A stretch of 64,000 nucleotides of DNA, from positions 11,286,238 through 11,350,237 of the forward strand of contig OZ316892.1 in assembly GCA_973895155.1 (NCBI GenBank), read 5' to 3'. Shown one piece after another: positions 14,201-27,749 of this stretch. The notes beneath the pieces were generated by a model that was given only the letters and a program-made list of their open reading frames with translations, was not told where the DNA came from and did no database searches. This stretch comes from Marsupella aquatica. Lineage: Eukaryota > Plantae > Marchantiophyta. Every line of letters begins with the position of its first letter. The first letter of the stretch is position 1. Position numbers and translations under genes: made by a program.

Positions 14201-16699
14201 CACTAACTGTGGTGAGTAGTGTAAATCTTTAAGTCAAATGTGGTGGACTATCTAGGCACCAACTCATGATGAAATGACAACAATATTTAAGAATAGGTAT
14301 GAAAATGTTTTGGATTAATACACTATGACAATAAACCATGGCCTCGTGAGGGTCAGAATATGTTCTAAAACATTGAAACTGATGTTGCAGGAGTGATTTG
14401 AAGACAAGGCAGGGAATGATACTACAACGAAAGACTCATAGAGCCTTGTCCCTTCAGCACAACTGAAGCAAGACACTGCAATAGCTTTCAACAGGACACT
14501 CCAAAACAGCAAAAGCCATGAATGCCTCAAATTAGGGTCCTCCTGTAGTTCAGAATTATTGGAATGTGATAACAAGTCAAATCACTCCTACCAAATTGGA
14601 TTTGGCTTTCCCATGCCCCGTCTGGAAAACCCACTCCACCTAGGTGAAACTATTTCTTTCTTCAATCAGGATACCATAGCAATCGGTTTGCTGAAGGCCG
14701 AGTTGGTAAACCCTGATGTACCTCGCTCCCACCACATGGCCCTCTAAACTCTTAAGCTCCAATGGGATCCAAAAATGCTCGTTGTATCAAAGTAAGGGTT
14801 TTCTACCTTAAGTCCATGTCATCCTAGTCCATACGCATGTTCCCAAGCATTCAATGCAACATAGAAGTCCTACAGGAGCAAGTGGTTTGTAGCTTATAGC
14901 TCTTTGTTACATTGATTCATGCTGACTCATTGCACATTTAAGCATTTTCTTTTTCGTGAAGAGTTCTTAATGTCCCTCATAGACTGATAGACTTCTATCG
15001 TAGAGTTGCTCTACCTGTATTCCCATTGAGCGTTTGATTCGAGCTCATCATATAAGGCAATAATCTTTCTGACTCCAATCTTTCACTTGTTTTTAATTGA
15101 GCAATAAGAGTCCCATACAGTTGGCATGTCATAAAGCTGTGGACTGCATTGCTTAGAGAGAGAAACTTGTGTATTTTTCCTCCTTCTGCCCAGCTTCCTA
15201 CCAAACGACAATGAGGTTCCTTGGAATTATTCTTAGCCCAATTCCCACATTTATAACCTTTTGCATCCCCTCCAATCATTACCTTTTGGCCATTCCTCTT
15301 TGCAAACCCAAGTAATTGTATTGTTACTGATGCTCCCATAACGGACTCATATAGAATCTGACAAGGCTGCCAAAGGGAATTAGTTAGAATCTCCCTTTTA
15401 GCGAATTATTTGAGTTCTCCTAGCTAGCGAAAGAATGGAAAATACCATGCATTTGGGCATTGCTGTAGAATCTTTTGAGCGGAGCCAGTTGATCGTTGTT
15501 GTAATTCTAGTGGAGCCTTTTTCCTTCTTTTTTCCCCTTTGAATGCAAACTTTACTGACCAGTAAAATAAGAAGAGAATGCTGAAGAGGGGAAAAAGAGA
15601 CGAGCCTTTTCCTTTATTAATTAAGGTTATTGGGTATCAACCATAGCATTATTGGACTGTAGAATGCTGAATGTTAATGCAGCCTTGGCTCAAAAAGCAG
15701 ATTTATTCATTATATTTATACACGTTGCTCATGTGGGAAGGTAGGAGGAAGTAAGCCCTTCCATTATTTGTTCACACATTAATAGTGTAAATTTCTGGGC
15801 CTTTCCACACCATGTTCTTTGCCTTGGAAATCCTCAATTGAAGAAGAAAAACAACCACCTCTTCTAAAGATAGAGTTCATACCCAATATTTTTTGAAGTC
15901 AAGTGCAATAAATGCAAATCCCTTGAATGAAGGAGCAAAAGTATGAAAATGTTTGGACTATGACGGGAAGGGATCTAACATTCTAGACAAAAGAAGTACT
16001 CCACACCATCATTTCCTCGGGCCCAATGCTTGCCATGTAGGATTGGTAGACAGCATACCTGAATGGTCCCCCAAGTCCTCTAGCTGTTCACTCATTACAC
16101 ATTCAGACTTAATCTAAGAGGGAATAAAATGAAGCCATGGGCCCCAAGACATCTTGTAAGGCCACCCTTAGAACAAGAAGTGGCCCTCCAATTCTCTTTG
16201 ATGAAAAGAAGTCACAAGTGCCTGCTATGCATTGTAAAGCCACCCTGAGTGGGACCTAGGGGTGTAGCTGATGTGGCAGGGATTGCGACCTGGGGCCAGG
16301 TGCCATAGAAATCTACTGCTAATGAGAAATTGCTGTGCTGTAATGGAAACACAAATGAATAGAAGAGTCTGGGTAGAAGTTGGGCTTATGAGGCTTTTTC
16401 TTTGGGCCAATGCAGAGTTTTATGTGGTTTGCCTTGCTTAATTAGAGTGAAATACCTTTCTGTAGAAAACTCTCTAATCAACTTTGGAATTTGTTGCTCC
16501 ATCATTCTTACTTGTGCCTGAGTGGTGGTTCAGATTTGAGTGAACGCCGTTACCTTGCTTTACCACATCTATCCCAGTCAGGCTGAGTCTTGGCCTGGAC
16601 GGATCCTTGGCAAGTCTTTGGTTTGTGAGGCTAGCTGATATCTCTTAATTGCCTTTTGCTGGGTAGTAAAGCATTCAGAACCAGAAAGAACTAACATGA

Positions 16700-17090
16700 A
16701 TCAGATTACAGTCAAGGTGGATAGAGCTATTTTGTATGTAACAATGCCAAAGTACAAGAAGTGCCAAACCAGGAGACAGGATCTAGAGGCACCCGATCCA
16801 ATAATGGGGAGGAAAACAAGGCTTTTACCCAGGAAGACCAAAGAGCCAAAACACCTGAAACTCCCCGGCAACAGCAAAGAAAAAAAAGGAAAAGCCTGGT
16901 AAAGTTTTGAAGTACATCCCATAGAATTGTCACGAAGAGGAATCTGTCTAGAGGTCCTCAAACCAGCAGCCTCAGCCGTAACAAAATAGTGAATATCTGA
17001 GCCCTTTGTACTGCAATAAATGCCCCCTGTCCAAAGAATCCACTGAGTACCAAAACTTGGGGGTACGGTCTCCACTCCACACAAAAACTA
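16700..17090 (-). mobile_element. Decayed 3' end of a probable LINE family (5'-truncated copy)
   Basis: Residual peptide QWILWTG..KGSDIHYFV..AAGLRTSRQIP followed by a T-rich tail. Visibly homologous to 18030-18400 and (inverted) 24300-24690. Confidence 0.5.
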
Positions 17091-18029
17091 CACATGCCCA
17101 ATGGAAATGGCTGGAGATTCATTACCCAAGTCATTATTCAAAGAATTGGAGAAGTTATTGTAGCTTTCTTACCTAGGTTTGTACATCTGCGCTTACTAAC
17201 ATGAAGGTCCAACATATGACGTAGTCCTAGTTGTAGGAAGATAAATGTATGATTTCCTATAATTACACTTCCATGATAGACTTTGTTGTTGTGCTCGGGG
17301 GTTTCACTTCCACAAAAATGGCATATCACGTGCAACAAAGTATAGGGTCATTTTATTAGTTCGAAGGAAAGACTTAAGAATTTTCTGAGAAGAACAATAG
17401 GGTCTTTCAAATCCAATTTTGAGACTTATAAGAACATTAGGGTCCTTATAACCAATTTTTTGGAATATTCCAACTTCATAGGGGTTGAAAAATAAAAAAA
17501 TTCTTACATTTTAGGGGGTCCGAGGCCTAAAAACATCGCAGGTGATGGGGAGACATCCATATAGTGAGACCCCCGAGTTCTTGTGTAGGCCACAGATCAT
17601 TAAGGAAAAACCATTGGGAAAGTTGTTTTCAAGAATATATTTCTCTTTGATGGATTAAAAATCTTCTGACTATACACCAATATTGTGAGACATCTTCTAG
17701 CAAGCAAAGGAGTCGCAGCCATAACTAAGTGAATTGGTTATCATTTTGTTCAACTAAACTTCAAGTAGAAAATGGTTGTTAAGATTGTGATGTGAACTTC
17801 AATATAGAATATTTGATCAAGAGAAAGTCATCCTTTCTTGCACATTCAAGAGAGAATGATTTGTAGATATCCATTACTATGCTTTCGTTAATGGGTTAAG
17901 TGGTATTGTATAATACAGAACTTTAGGTTGCCCCTCAGTTGTCTCACACTTTGGGCTACCCCAATACTCTATGCATTTTTGTTTTTGCAATATTTGGAAA
18001 TGTATATTACCTCTACATGTATGTATCAG

Positions 18030-18400
18030 ACTGCCAAAGAACCAAAAACACCAAATCAGAAGGCAGGATTCCAGAGGCCTGCCTAGAGGCTAGAGACCCC
18101 CCAAAAGGGGAGAACACAAGGCACAAACCCCAGGAAGAGCAACTAGCTATAAGTCCAGGGAGTCCCCTACAACAGCAAAGGAACTAAAGCCATAGTGAGC
18201 AACAAACCAAAAATCCTCGTAAAGCTCGGAGGAATCCAGGAGGAGGGCCACAATGAGGAATTGGTCTACTGTCACTAAAACCAACAGTATGGGCCCTACA
18301 AAACATAGTGAATGTTTGAGCTCTCTCTAGTGCATCATGGACCCACTGTCTACTTAAAGAAGACAACAAGGAATGATGGACAGTGGGGGATGAGGTCTAT
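18030..18400 (-). mobile_element. Decayed 3' end of the same probable LINE family
   Basis: Peptide remnant QWV...CRAHTVGFSDSRPIP. The tail AGTCCCCTACAACAGCAAAGGAACTAAA matches the reverse complement of 24315-24345. Confidence 0.5.
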
Positions 18401-20502
18401 ATTCCACTAGCCCTCAAAAGGGCCCTCAAACCTCAGTTTGATCGACACGACCCCTGTTTTGAATTGAAAACACCACAACTTGATTTCCAACTTCCCCCAA
18501 CCCAGCAAATTATGTTCTGGAGACCTAATGGTGGAACCGGGCAATTCTGACAGTGGACTGTTTGCGCATTGAGCAATTTTCAGCATTTTGTTCAGGAGCT
18601 GCAAAATTGCCATTGTGTGTGTGTGTGTGTGTGTTTTGCATTTGAGAGTTACAAGTTGTGATTGGATGGCATTTTGGGGAGTGTTTTCAAATCCTGCTTC
18701 TGTTCTGAGAACGCTTCATGGTTGGCTACTCCTACATGCTTAAATGTCACTTTCATTTGCTTTCATTCCAAATTTGATTCTGAAGCATGATTCCCCAACG
18801 CATATGGGAAAGAAATTATTCAATGCCTTATGATCAAGAAATTTCAACTTCCATGAGGGCTAGAGGATTAAACTCTGATTTTGCAGTACCAATTCCATTC
18901 CTGTAGTATTCACAAATTGGTATCGTAGGGAACATTATGTGGACCCAAATCTTTTACAACTGACCATCATTCATATTTGCGCTGCATAAAATGTCAACGT
19001 TAACTTATTGACTGCTCCCAAAATTTCAGAAGGAGAACCTAGATCATAGACAAGAATCTACCTTGTAGGCAAGATCTCAGTGGCAGTCTGGGCATTGACT
19101 AGAGGAGTCATAATGTCTGCAAGAAATGGAAACATTGTAGGGAATGCTTCTGCCAAAGAACTTCAGAAATTGCACAATTTTTTTTCACCAAACAATAATG
19201 TTTGATGAAAGACACAAGAGAGCTCACCAATACATTTCCTTACTCTCTTTCATCTCTACATATAGACGTCTTAGAATGATCTGCAATGCAAAACTAAGAA
19301 CAAACCTCTGGTACTGATCAATGGTATTTTGATTGAGAGGAGATATATCATTATGCAGTGCTAGAGACCTCCTTGTGTCAAAGCTAGCCCAGCAAGAACA
19401 AGCAGCCTGCTTGGAAAACTTTCCGCTCAAAGATGCCTGTGCAGTTGACAACAACTTTTTCTCTCCACCGGCAAGAAGATTGAAACTTGAATCCAAACAA
19501 ATTCAATTAAAAAGTTTTAGCCAGGACCCTGATTTTTTGCTACATTGCCAATTGCTCAAATGTGTTATTTGAACGGTGGCCATCACCAGGACTAGCTAGA
19601 TAGTGAAAACGACGGTCTCTCAATGGCGCCAGTAACCTTGAGGGCTGCCAAAGAAGAGTGGATTGCCACAGAGCCCTTCCACTTGACTTCTCAACTTGAG
19701 GGTTACCCTGAAATGACGACCAGCTGAGATTGTCTCCACAGTTTTGGAGATCAAGGGGAACACTCAACACCTGCATTTGAGGGCTAATTGAGTAGACCTC
19801 TAAGGCCTCTGCCCAAGGAAAATAATCAGTCAACTGTACTTTGGGGACTAGTTCTGTCCATGCATGGGCTGGTACTCATTCTCTCACACAATTCTGCTTT
19901 AGTGGCTTGGCCTCGTTCGGTGTTGTTTGGATGGTTAATGCTCTTCTGCCCAAGGGGGGCTGTGGTTTGGTTCCCTTTTTTGGTTTTGCATAGGGTTTCC
20001 TATGTCTGAGTGTCTGAATGATGTATGTTCACTCCACTGGTGGTGGTGTTGTTGTTTTTGAGCCACAAGGCCTATAGTTTATTTAAAAGATTGGGGTTCC
20101 CCTTGTGTGAGTGGCCAGTCTAGTTTTGCAGTTGTGTAACTTGGGATTTCCCTTCATTTAGTCCCTGCCACCTCCATCTTCCAGTAGTTTGTGTGCAAAG
20201 GGCTTTGATGAACCCCACTTTCATAGGGAGATTGTGCAAAAGGTGATAGACTTATGAAGCTTTGAATCCAGAATTCACTTGCCACAATGAACACTGCTAC
20301 CTTTGGGCTACGCTTGCTAGGATGACTAATGTCAACCAAACTCTAGAATTATGTGGATATGTGCACTGTAGGTAGCATTTGGAAATGTGAAGACATATAC
20401 CCTCATGTCTTTCACTTGTGACTGTGCGTGATGGGCAGTGTGGGAGTATGGACAACGTTGAATGATTGGACCCAATATGCACCAAGAAATCAATTTCCTA
20501 GG

Positions 20503-20819
20503 AGTGCTCTCCGACGGGGGGACGGGGGGACAGTAGGGGTGACTATCAAAAATCTAAGGAATAATGTGCGACCCAAAATACATATTTTTGATGAAAAACA
20601 GTTAAAATTTAAAAAAACATGAGAGATAAAAGAAGGTATTATAATATCACTTATAGAATATTCTCCAATATATATATTTTATAATAATTTCATTAATATT
20701 AATAAATAGATAATATTTTTTGGAATATTTTATTTATAAAATTGGTGTATTTATATTAGACTAGTATTGCACGTGGTACCCCCAAATATACACTAACTTA
20801 ACCCCCCCGAGGGAGTACT
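20503..20819. mobile_element. Stowaway-like MITE (degenerate)
   Basis: Right end CCCCCCGAGGGAGTACT resembles the Stowaway CTCCCTCC TIR. The left end AGTGCTCTCCGACGGGGGG is its imperfect inverse. The interior is very AT-rich. Confidence 0.5.
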
Positions 20820-22214
20820 TGTCTTGAATTGTCTGAGAGCTTCACTTTCACTCAAATGATTTACTCATCCCTAAAATTGTGCTGTAATTTGCAATGATAT
20901 GTCTACAGTTGTCTCTGTTGAAGTGCAGTCCTGAAGTGCAAAACCTAGATAATTGCAATGTTTCCTTTTGACCATGATCATTTTGGAGTTGTTTTGCAGT
21001 GTTTAAGTGCAAAGAGGGCTGCACTACAGAACAAATAAATAATTGCAAATCCTTTATGAGGGTTATTGAACACTTAGGGGTAGCGCACAATCCTTGGGCA
21101 ATTTAGTCAACTTATATTGCACATCAAGGCACTGTACACTCATATTGATAAATTTACATTCTATGTTTTTGCACTTAATTCTTAGAGCAAGCCTGCTTGA
21201 AGTGCACACTGGATACTTCTTCCCATGTGTGCACTCTTAGAGAGAGATGACTGTACATTGGCACTCAGGTACACAGTAGGCATCTCAAACCTAAAAAAAT
21301 GATGTTCCTTGGTTAATGTTACGGACAGAATAAATTAAGGACTAGTAGATTCACAATCCATAACTTTTTGCTGTGAAATTTTGGTCATGACCGTAAGTGG
21401 CTTTAGTGGCTAGTGGAGAAAAAGAGAAAACTGTTTCAAAATCCATCATTAGGATGCTTTTAAGTGTCAAAAGTTGGGTAGATTCCACCTCTCTGAAAAG
21501 TGTTGGTTGCTTATGGCGATGTTTCTGGAGGTTTTGGTCTTCCATGAGCCATTCTCCAATCTAGTCACACATAACCCATCAGCAAGAATTGAACGGTTAT
21601 CCTTGAATCTAGGAACATCTGACAGAAATTTGACAATGGCTATTCCTAGCATCTTCTCCTTCACCTAAGGTGTCATTCACCAAAAGGCAAAAAAAGCAAA
21701 AACCTTAAAACTTAGACTGACCACCAAACACTAATTAATTCATTCCCACTGATTCTAGGTGATGGTCTGCTTGCAAAATATGGTTTGGGCGGAAAGACAT
21801 CAACGCTGTTTGCCATTTTTTTTGTGATCATTTGATTTGCCTGAAACACCATCCCACCTACCACTCGTGACTCTCCCTTGTCATCCATGCCTCATTCAGA
21901 TTGTCACCGTGCCTCACCCTCACTCATTGTGCAAAACACTGGCATTGGGCTCATCAGCCATCCAATTATATAGTTGTGATCAAAAGTTGCTCTTTTAAGG
22001 CCTTCTATCTAGAGTGAACCCTCTCATCCGTGACTCGGGAGGCATATGAGAGTTAACGGTGCGGATGGGGAAACAAGGATTGGAGGCAAGGTGAGGGTGA
22101 GCCTTTGAGCATAACACAACTTACTTGAATGTGGAGGTGTATGTACTTTCCAAGCATGGGTACTCAGGCTAGTAACATTACAGCTTTGAGGAACCCTAGT
22201 AAGAGCCCAGGCTA

Positions 22215-22903
22215 CTGTCTTCCCCCGAACACAGTGCTCGGGCATTGTGTTTGAAAGTTCAAAGTTTCTAGTCTTGGTAAGAAAAAGTAGTTCGAACTCG
22301 AACACAACATCATTTTAACACAACGCCTGGGCGTTGTGTTCAAATATGGCGTTGTGTTTGAATGTTTAGGGTTGCGTTTGAGTTTTTCCTAATCTTGACA
22401 GCATTGACTACAAAAAGTGCAGGTTCACAAATTACAATCAAACCATAAGCAAAGTAAACAAAGAGCCGTTGATAGCCTTCACATTGACAACAATGCTAGG
22501 AGCAATTTTTGGAGAAATATTGCCCACACATACTCAATTGAAATTGCACTTGACAACTTTGCAAATAGGTACATCCATGTGCAAAAGCAGTAAAAATCAG
22601 AGAATGATTTTCTAAACAGTTATTCTATTTTGTCTCACCAAATTTGGTCAGGGCTAAAATGGTTTGGAAGCATTAGCCTTTCATTCCTGCTTACACCCTA
22701 AATTCATCACAATGCCTAAATTTGAACACAACGCCATTATTCAAACACAATGCCATTATTCAAACACAACGTCACAATGTAAAAAAATTTCCAAAACATA
22801 GTGTCGAAACTCAAACATAACGCCCTGGGTGCACTATTTGAATATAACGCCCCATGACCCACTATCGAATATAGTGCCTGGGTGCCGTGTTAGGGGAAGA
22901 CAC
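22215..22903. mobile_element. pogo/Tc1-mariner-like MITE with TA TSD
   Basis: TIRs CTGTCTTCCCCCGAACACAG and CGTGTTAGGGGAAGACAC. TA at 22213-14 and 22904-05. Inverted subterminal motifs GGCGTTGTGTT / AACACAACGCC. Confidence 0.75.
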
Positions 22904-23459
22904 TAGTAACATTGCAGCTTTGAGGAACCCTAGTAAGAGCGACACATTACACTACCAACAAAAACCCTGGTTTTATGAGCAGGTCATGAGCAAAATGATT
23001 ATAATTACACAAAAGTTGTAAGCTCTCTGATTAATATAAACAAGTCGAGACATCGTCGTGTTTCAATCAGTCCACTGTAGTAGCCCTCTTGAACTTCAAT
23101 AAGCGAATCGCACGGGGACCGAGCTGGAGCCCATAACTCGAGGATATTAATTGCCTATAGTCAAGCAGTCCTAATTACGAGGGCCTCGAGTCACTCTCGA
23201 CTTCTCCATTGAGCGGAGACTAGAGCTCCGGCGGCTAAGAAGCCTGCCACTGAGAAAACACGTGCACAGTTACGACATTAATCAATGAGACTGTGACTGC
23301 ATAATGGAAAAATAATCCACCATCCGTGGCATTTTATTTGCGTTCGTGGCACCGAGCTCTCTGCACTGTAGGTCGGCGCGGTTTGATGATTGTCATTCCT
23401 TCCCCACGATGCTGGAGTCATCCCACGACGAAAGCATTGATCGGGTGCTATTGAATTGC

Positions 23460-24055
23460 GCAAGACTACAGTGGCTTATTCTGGTCACTTGTAATTCGTT
23501 ATCGAGGCTGGGAATGTTAAGTTAAATGAATCAATGAATACTGTGAACAAAGTGGGGCAACAGTATCGTGAAGCTACTTCGGACATTCTCGAAATCTTTA
23601 TAGAGACTGGGCATATGATGCGAGACTGAGTAATGGAATGAATCAATCAATGAATACACTTGACACAGTGGCAAGAACTATAGTAAAGCTAGTTTGCGTA
23701 TTTTCGAAATCGTTATCAAGACTGGGAATGTGGTGTGAGACTGAGTAAAGGAATGGATGAATGGATGAATCAGTGAGTACAGTGAGCAAAGTGGGGCAAC
23801 ACTACTGTGAAAAAGTTTGGGCAGTCTCGAGTCATTATCGAGACTGGGAATGCGATGTGAGACTGATGATATGAGTGAGTGAATGAATGGATGCAGTGAG
23901 CAAAGTGGTCATCGATCAGACAGTATCATTCAACTGCGCAACACTACAGTAAAGCCAGTTTGGACATTCTGGTAATCGCTATCAAGACTGGGAAATTGAT
24001 GTAAGACTGAGAAAATGAATGAATGAATACAGTGAACTAAGTGGTCATCGATGGG
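23460..24055. repeat. Degenerate tandem repeat, ~5 units of ~100-145 bp
   Basis: Anchor GAC/GGCTGGG..TG..G.GAGACTGA..(GAAT)n..CAGTGA.CAAAGTGG recurs at ~23507, 23604, 23720, 23841 and 23986. Confidence 0.85.
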
Positions 24056-24299
24056 GCAGAAAGCGACGGACCTACTACTACTACTACTACGCCATGCCCG
24101 GTTCCTCTGCCCCCGCTATCGAGATATGACTTGTTACTTGTATGTATAGCAACTGGGCTGGCTGCCAGGGTGCTGGCCTGTTGATCAACTTGTTCGGGAC
24201 ACTATCTATAATTCAGCCTGGGAGGTGAATTTTGCCGAGGAATGCTACAACAAGGGGAAAGAGCTGTACAGGGTTTACGAGCTCTACTGGGTTTTTCAG

Positions 24300-24690
24300 A
24301 TTGTTCATTAGGGGTTTAGTTCTTTTGCAGTTGTTGGGGACTCTCAGGCTTGACTCTCAGGCTTTTTGGCTCTTGCTTGTTTTCTTCCCTTTGTGGGGAC
24401 TCCTTTAGTTTCCTGTCTCCCTGTTGGGCTCTTCTTGTTCTTTTGCATGCTTTACATCCTGGCCCCAGAATGATGCTCAATAAGAAGACCTGGAACAGTA
24501 GGGCAATTGTTCTTTGGTTGTTCAGTAGGGCTCTTCTTCTATGGCCATTTGGGCTTTTTGGCTTCTTGGCCCTTCTGTTTTTTGGCTCTTGCATTTTTAG
24601 GTTTCATTGGGTTTTTGGCCTTTGGCCTTTGGGATCATATCTCCCGGTATGGCATTTTTGTTCCTTGTACTTTAATATATATATATAGCT
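24300..24690 (+). mobile_element. Decayed probable LINE 3' end, opposite orientation to the 16.7 and 18.0 kb copies
   Basis: Reverse-complement similarity to 16740-16900 and 18030-18190. Ends in a (TA)n tract. Confidence 0.5.
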
Positions 24691-27406
24691 GACAGCTGAT
24701 TGGCCAAAAGTAAGTTAAAGAATTAAATGACCTAACTCCACAAATTAAAATTGCAGCATGATTTGTCACCATTAAAGTTAATTGAATTTTGAAATTATTC
24801 ACATTTTATTGCAATTCTACAAGTGATATACAACAAACGATGCAACAGAAGCCACGTGTCCATCTAGGCATCAACAGGGACCAGGGGTCTAATCTATCAC
24901 CCTAGTCAATTGGTCCCACTAATTTTCCCAGTTGGTCCCTCTTGACTCTTATCTTATCATGAGATTGGCAAGAAGGAACGGTACATAGGGAGTCTAACCA
25001 TTCTGAGGAGTTCAACGATCAAGAGCATTTCCAAAGACCCAAAAATAAAGAAATCCCAAAGCACACTGAAATAGTAGCACAGGGCAACTTAGGGGTGGCA
25101 CATGATGCCACCTGAGCCACCTTTATGATTCTGCAGGTACAGTACTCATACTTCGATGCCATGTTTGACCTCGAAGACAACGGATAAATAATTCTTAGGA
25201 TTACTGAGCATCATCTTCAATCGGACTATTTGCCTCAAACATGGGTGGTAGAGGTTGTAGTCAGATGGATAGGCTTTTTTATTGTTTTATTTTAGATGAA
25301 TAGATTTGCAGAGTCTGCAGCGTGCATAAAGAGGAAAGCTTTTAAACCCTACCCCTTAGTTTCATTGTTGAATGCCCCTTGGCCTCGAGAAAGAAGTAGT
25401 CTCTTGAGAAAAGAGTATGCTTTTTTAATCGTCCCAAGAGACTGATTCATTCTGAGTGTCCACATGGGCCTTTTCTTGGCCTGGCGATCTTACTTGCATG
25501 TGTTTTGCGGAGTCCTATTTGGGTTTTTGTTTTTACAACTTCCATGTTAAGACGTTGCCAGTGGCAAAGACATGGACCCCAGGTGCACATGCGTTGACAG
25601 GATATGCCCACACCAGACCCACCTAACCTAGGCACATTGAAATTACCCTAAACCTTAAACCTTAAAAGCATCAGTGATGCTCTGAGTTTGAATTTGTAAA
25701 AAAGAGACACAAAACTTACATGTAGTGTGTTCAACTCAGCGGATGGATGATGACTTTTGGCTATTTGTTAATACATTGACAACTTTACATTATGTTTTGC
25801 TGGTTAGAGTAAATCTTCTTTCAAAACAACAAACAAAACCCAAAGAATAGGCCCTCCACTGGTGGAGCATATATTGCCTTGATAAAATCACAGAGATAGT
25901 TTGCTTCCACTTCTTGCTCTTCAATGCACCTTCGTTAACTGGTTATTCTTGTCCAAGACAGCTTCTTTCCTTGTTTTAGATACATTGCATGATCTGTTGG
26001 CACTCTAAGGTGGCACTCTATTAAAGAAGGAAAGACATTGGATTAATTGGGCGGCTCCAGAGTCTGCACAATTGAGTTTAATATGATAAGCGAGTTTCCT
26101 AGTCAAAGAAAGAGTCCTAAAATTGGGTTTCCTGAAAAAATGGTACAAAGTTTTTTAACCCAGCTTGAACAAAGTTTTTTAACCCAGCTTTGGCTAGCCA
26201 GGGTTTTTTCCTGTAAGACAAAAAATATGATACTGCAAGGAAATTTGTGTTTGCTTGCATGGTACAGATACCCCATACCCCCACCCCAAGATTTCCAGCC
26301 AGTTGAATGGCTACTTGTACAGGGTTTGGTTTCAAAACTGAAGCCCCCATGGACCAGTGCAACTCAGACAGCACTTTTTCTTTGTAAAATCAATCACTTT
26401 CTGATGAAGAGTAACCTGGTCCATCTAAGTTGCAAGGTTCATAAGAGTGGTCTATCTGAGCTTCACTTTGGCACAGTTTCCTATCCGCCAACTGCCCCCC
26501 CACCCCCACAAAAAAGAAAAAGAAAAAGAAAAACAAGAGAAAATAGAAAAAGAAAGAGGTGTATTATTTCTTCTGGTCAACCTGCCTCCCCTATTGCGTC
26601 GACCACCACACCACCTTCTTCATTGCGTGACTGAGTAGAGTGAACTACGCAGTTAAAGTGGTCGACTGGTGAGTGGCTGCCAGACCCTGCCTACTGTAGT
26701 TCACCTCTCCAAGTACTGGTAGTTCACCACTGATTAATGAATGAATGACTGACTGCCTGGCAAGAAAGTGAATCACGTCAGAGCCAAGGAAGAGTACACC
26801 ACTTTATCAAAGTAGAATCTAGTTTCTTCTGCACTTTCTTAAAAGAGGTGGCGAGCCATCATTTCAGTGAAGAATCTTCCCACCAGCCATAGTGTTCTAG
26901 TCTAATTTCACCCCTCTATTAATCACAGACAACATCTTGTGTATGTATGATATGGACCTATATGTCTCATATTTTGATATGTAGTTATCAGGACCCTAAT
27001 TTCCCCCTAAATCTAACTACAGTACATAAATGCAGTGTATAATTACAATACATTCTATGGTTAAGTGCAGGCCAGCCATGTAATCTACTAATATTGAAAA
27101 GTTTGCTTTTGTAATCACCACACAAAATGCATGTTTGAGTAAGTTCAAGTAGACTCTCACTAAACAATAAATATGTAACTGCATTCTCAGCTATAAGAGT
27201 TTTATATTTGTTTAATATTTATCAGTCTGGCATACATAATAAAAATGTATTGATAAAAGGAGTCAACAACTTGGCTAACACTAAGCCAATTGAATTGGAG
27301 AGTGCATAATGTGGAGAAGTGCAAAAATAATGTCCAATGAACTTATTACATAGTGCATACTAAATTAAAACCCAAGTTCTGCCCTAGTCTCTTATGCATG
27401 GGAGTT

Positions 27407-27749
27407 TATTGAGCAAAGACAACATTCATAACGACAAACCCATAAACATTCAACAAACAAGTAATTGATATAGAGACATACATGGTTCACCTCAGCCAAG
27501 GTTACGTTTACGGGAACACACAAGAGATTCATTGCACTCTAGGTCCGTCGGCCATATTGAGTCTTAGCAACTCAAGCTCTTTGTATGTCTCAACTAGCTC
27601 CGTCACAATGAGGATGAGTTCCTACTCCACAAGCAAACATTGTTTGGGTGTACAGTGTGCAACATGACTAACCTAACCATGTTTGTGACTAAGGTTAGCC
27701 TAACCATGGCTGCAATTGTAACTCTAGAGCTAAGAATAAATGCCTAACT
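27407..27749 (-). mobile_element. Solo LTR (degenerate), same family as 30493-30836
   Basis: Reverse complement contains CTCTTGTGTGTTCCCGTAAACGTAACC...GGTGAACCATGTA. Termini are decayed versions of TGTTAGG...CTCAACA. Confidence 0.7.

Noticed and set aside
23460-24055. CRISPR-like array
   Set aside because: Units are homologous over their whole length with no unique spacers, there are no cas genes, and the context is eukaryotic.
26047-26634. 195-aa + strand ORF
   Set aside because: Non-ATG start, low-complexity A-rich segment and no homology signal.
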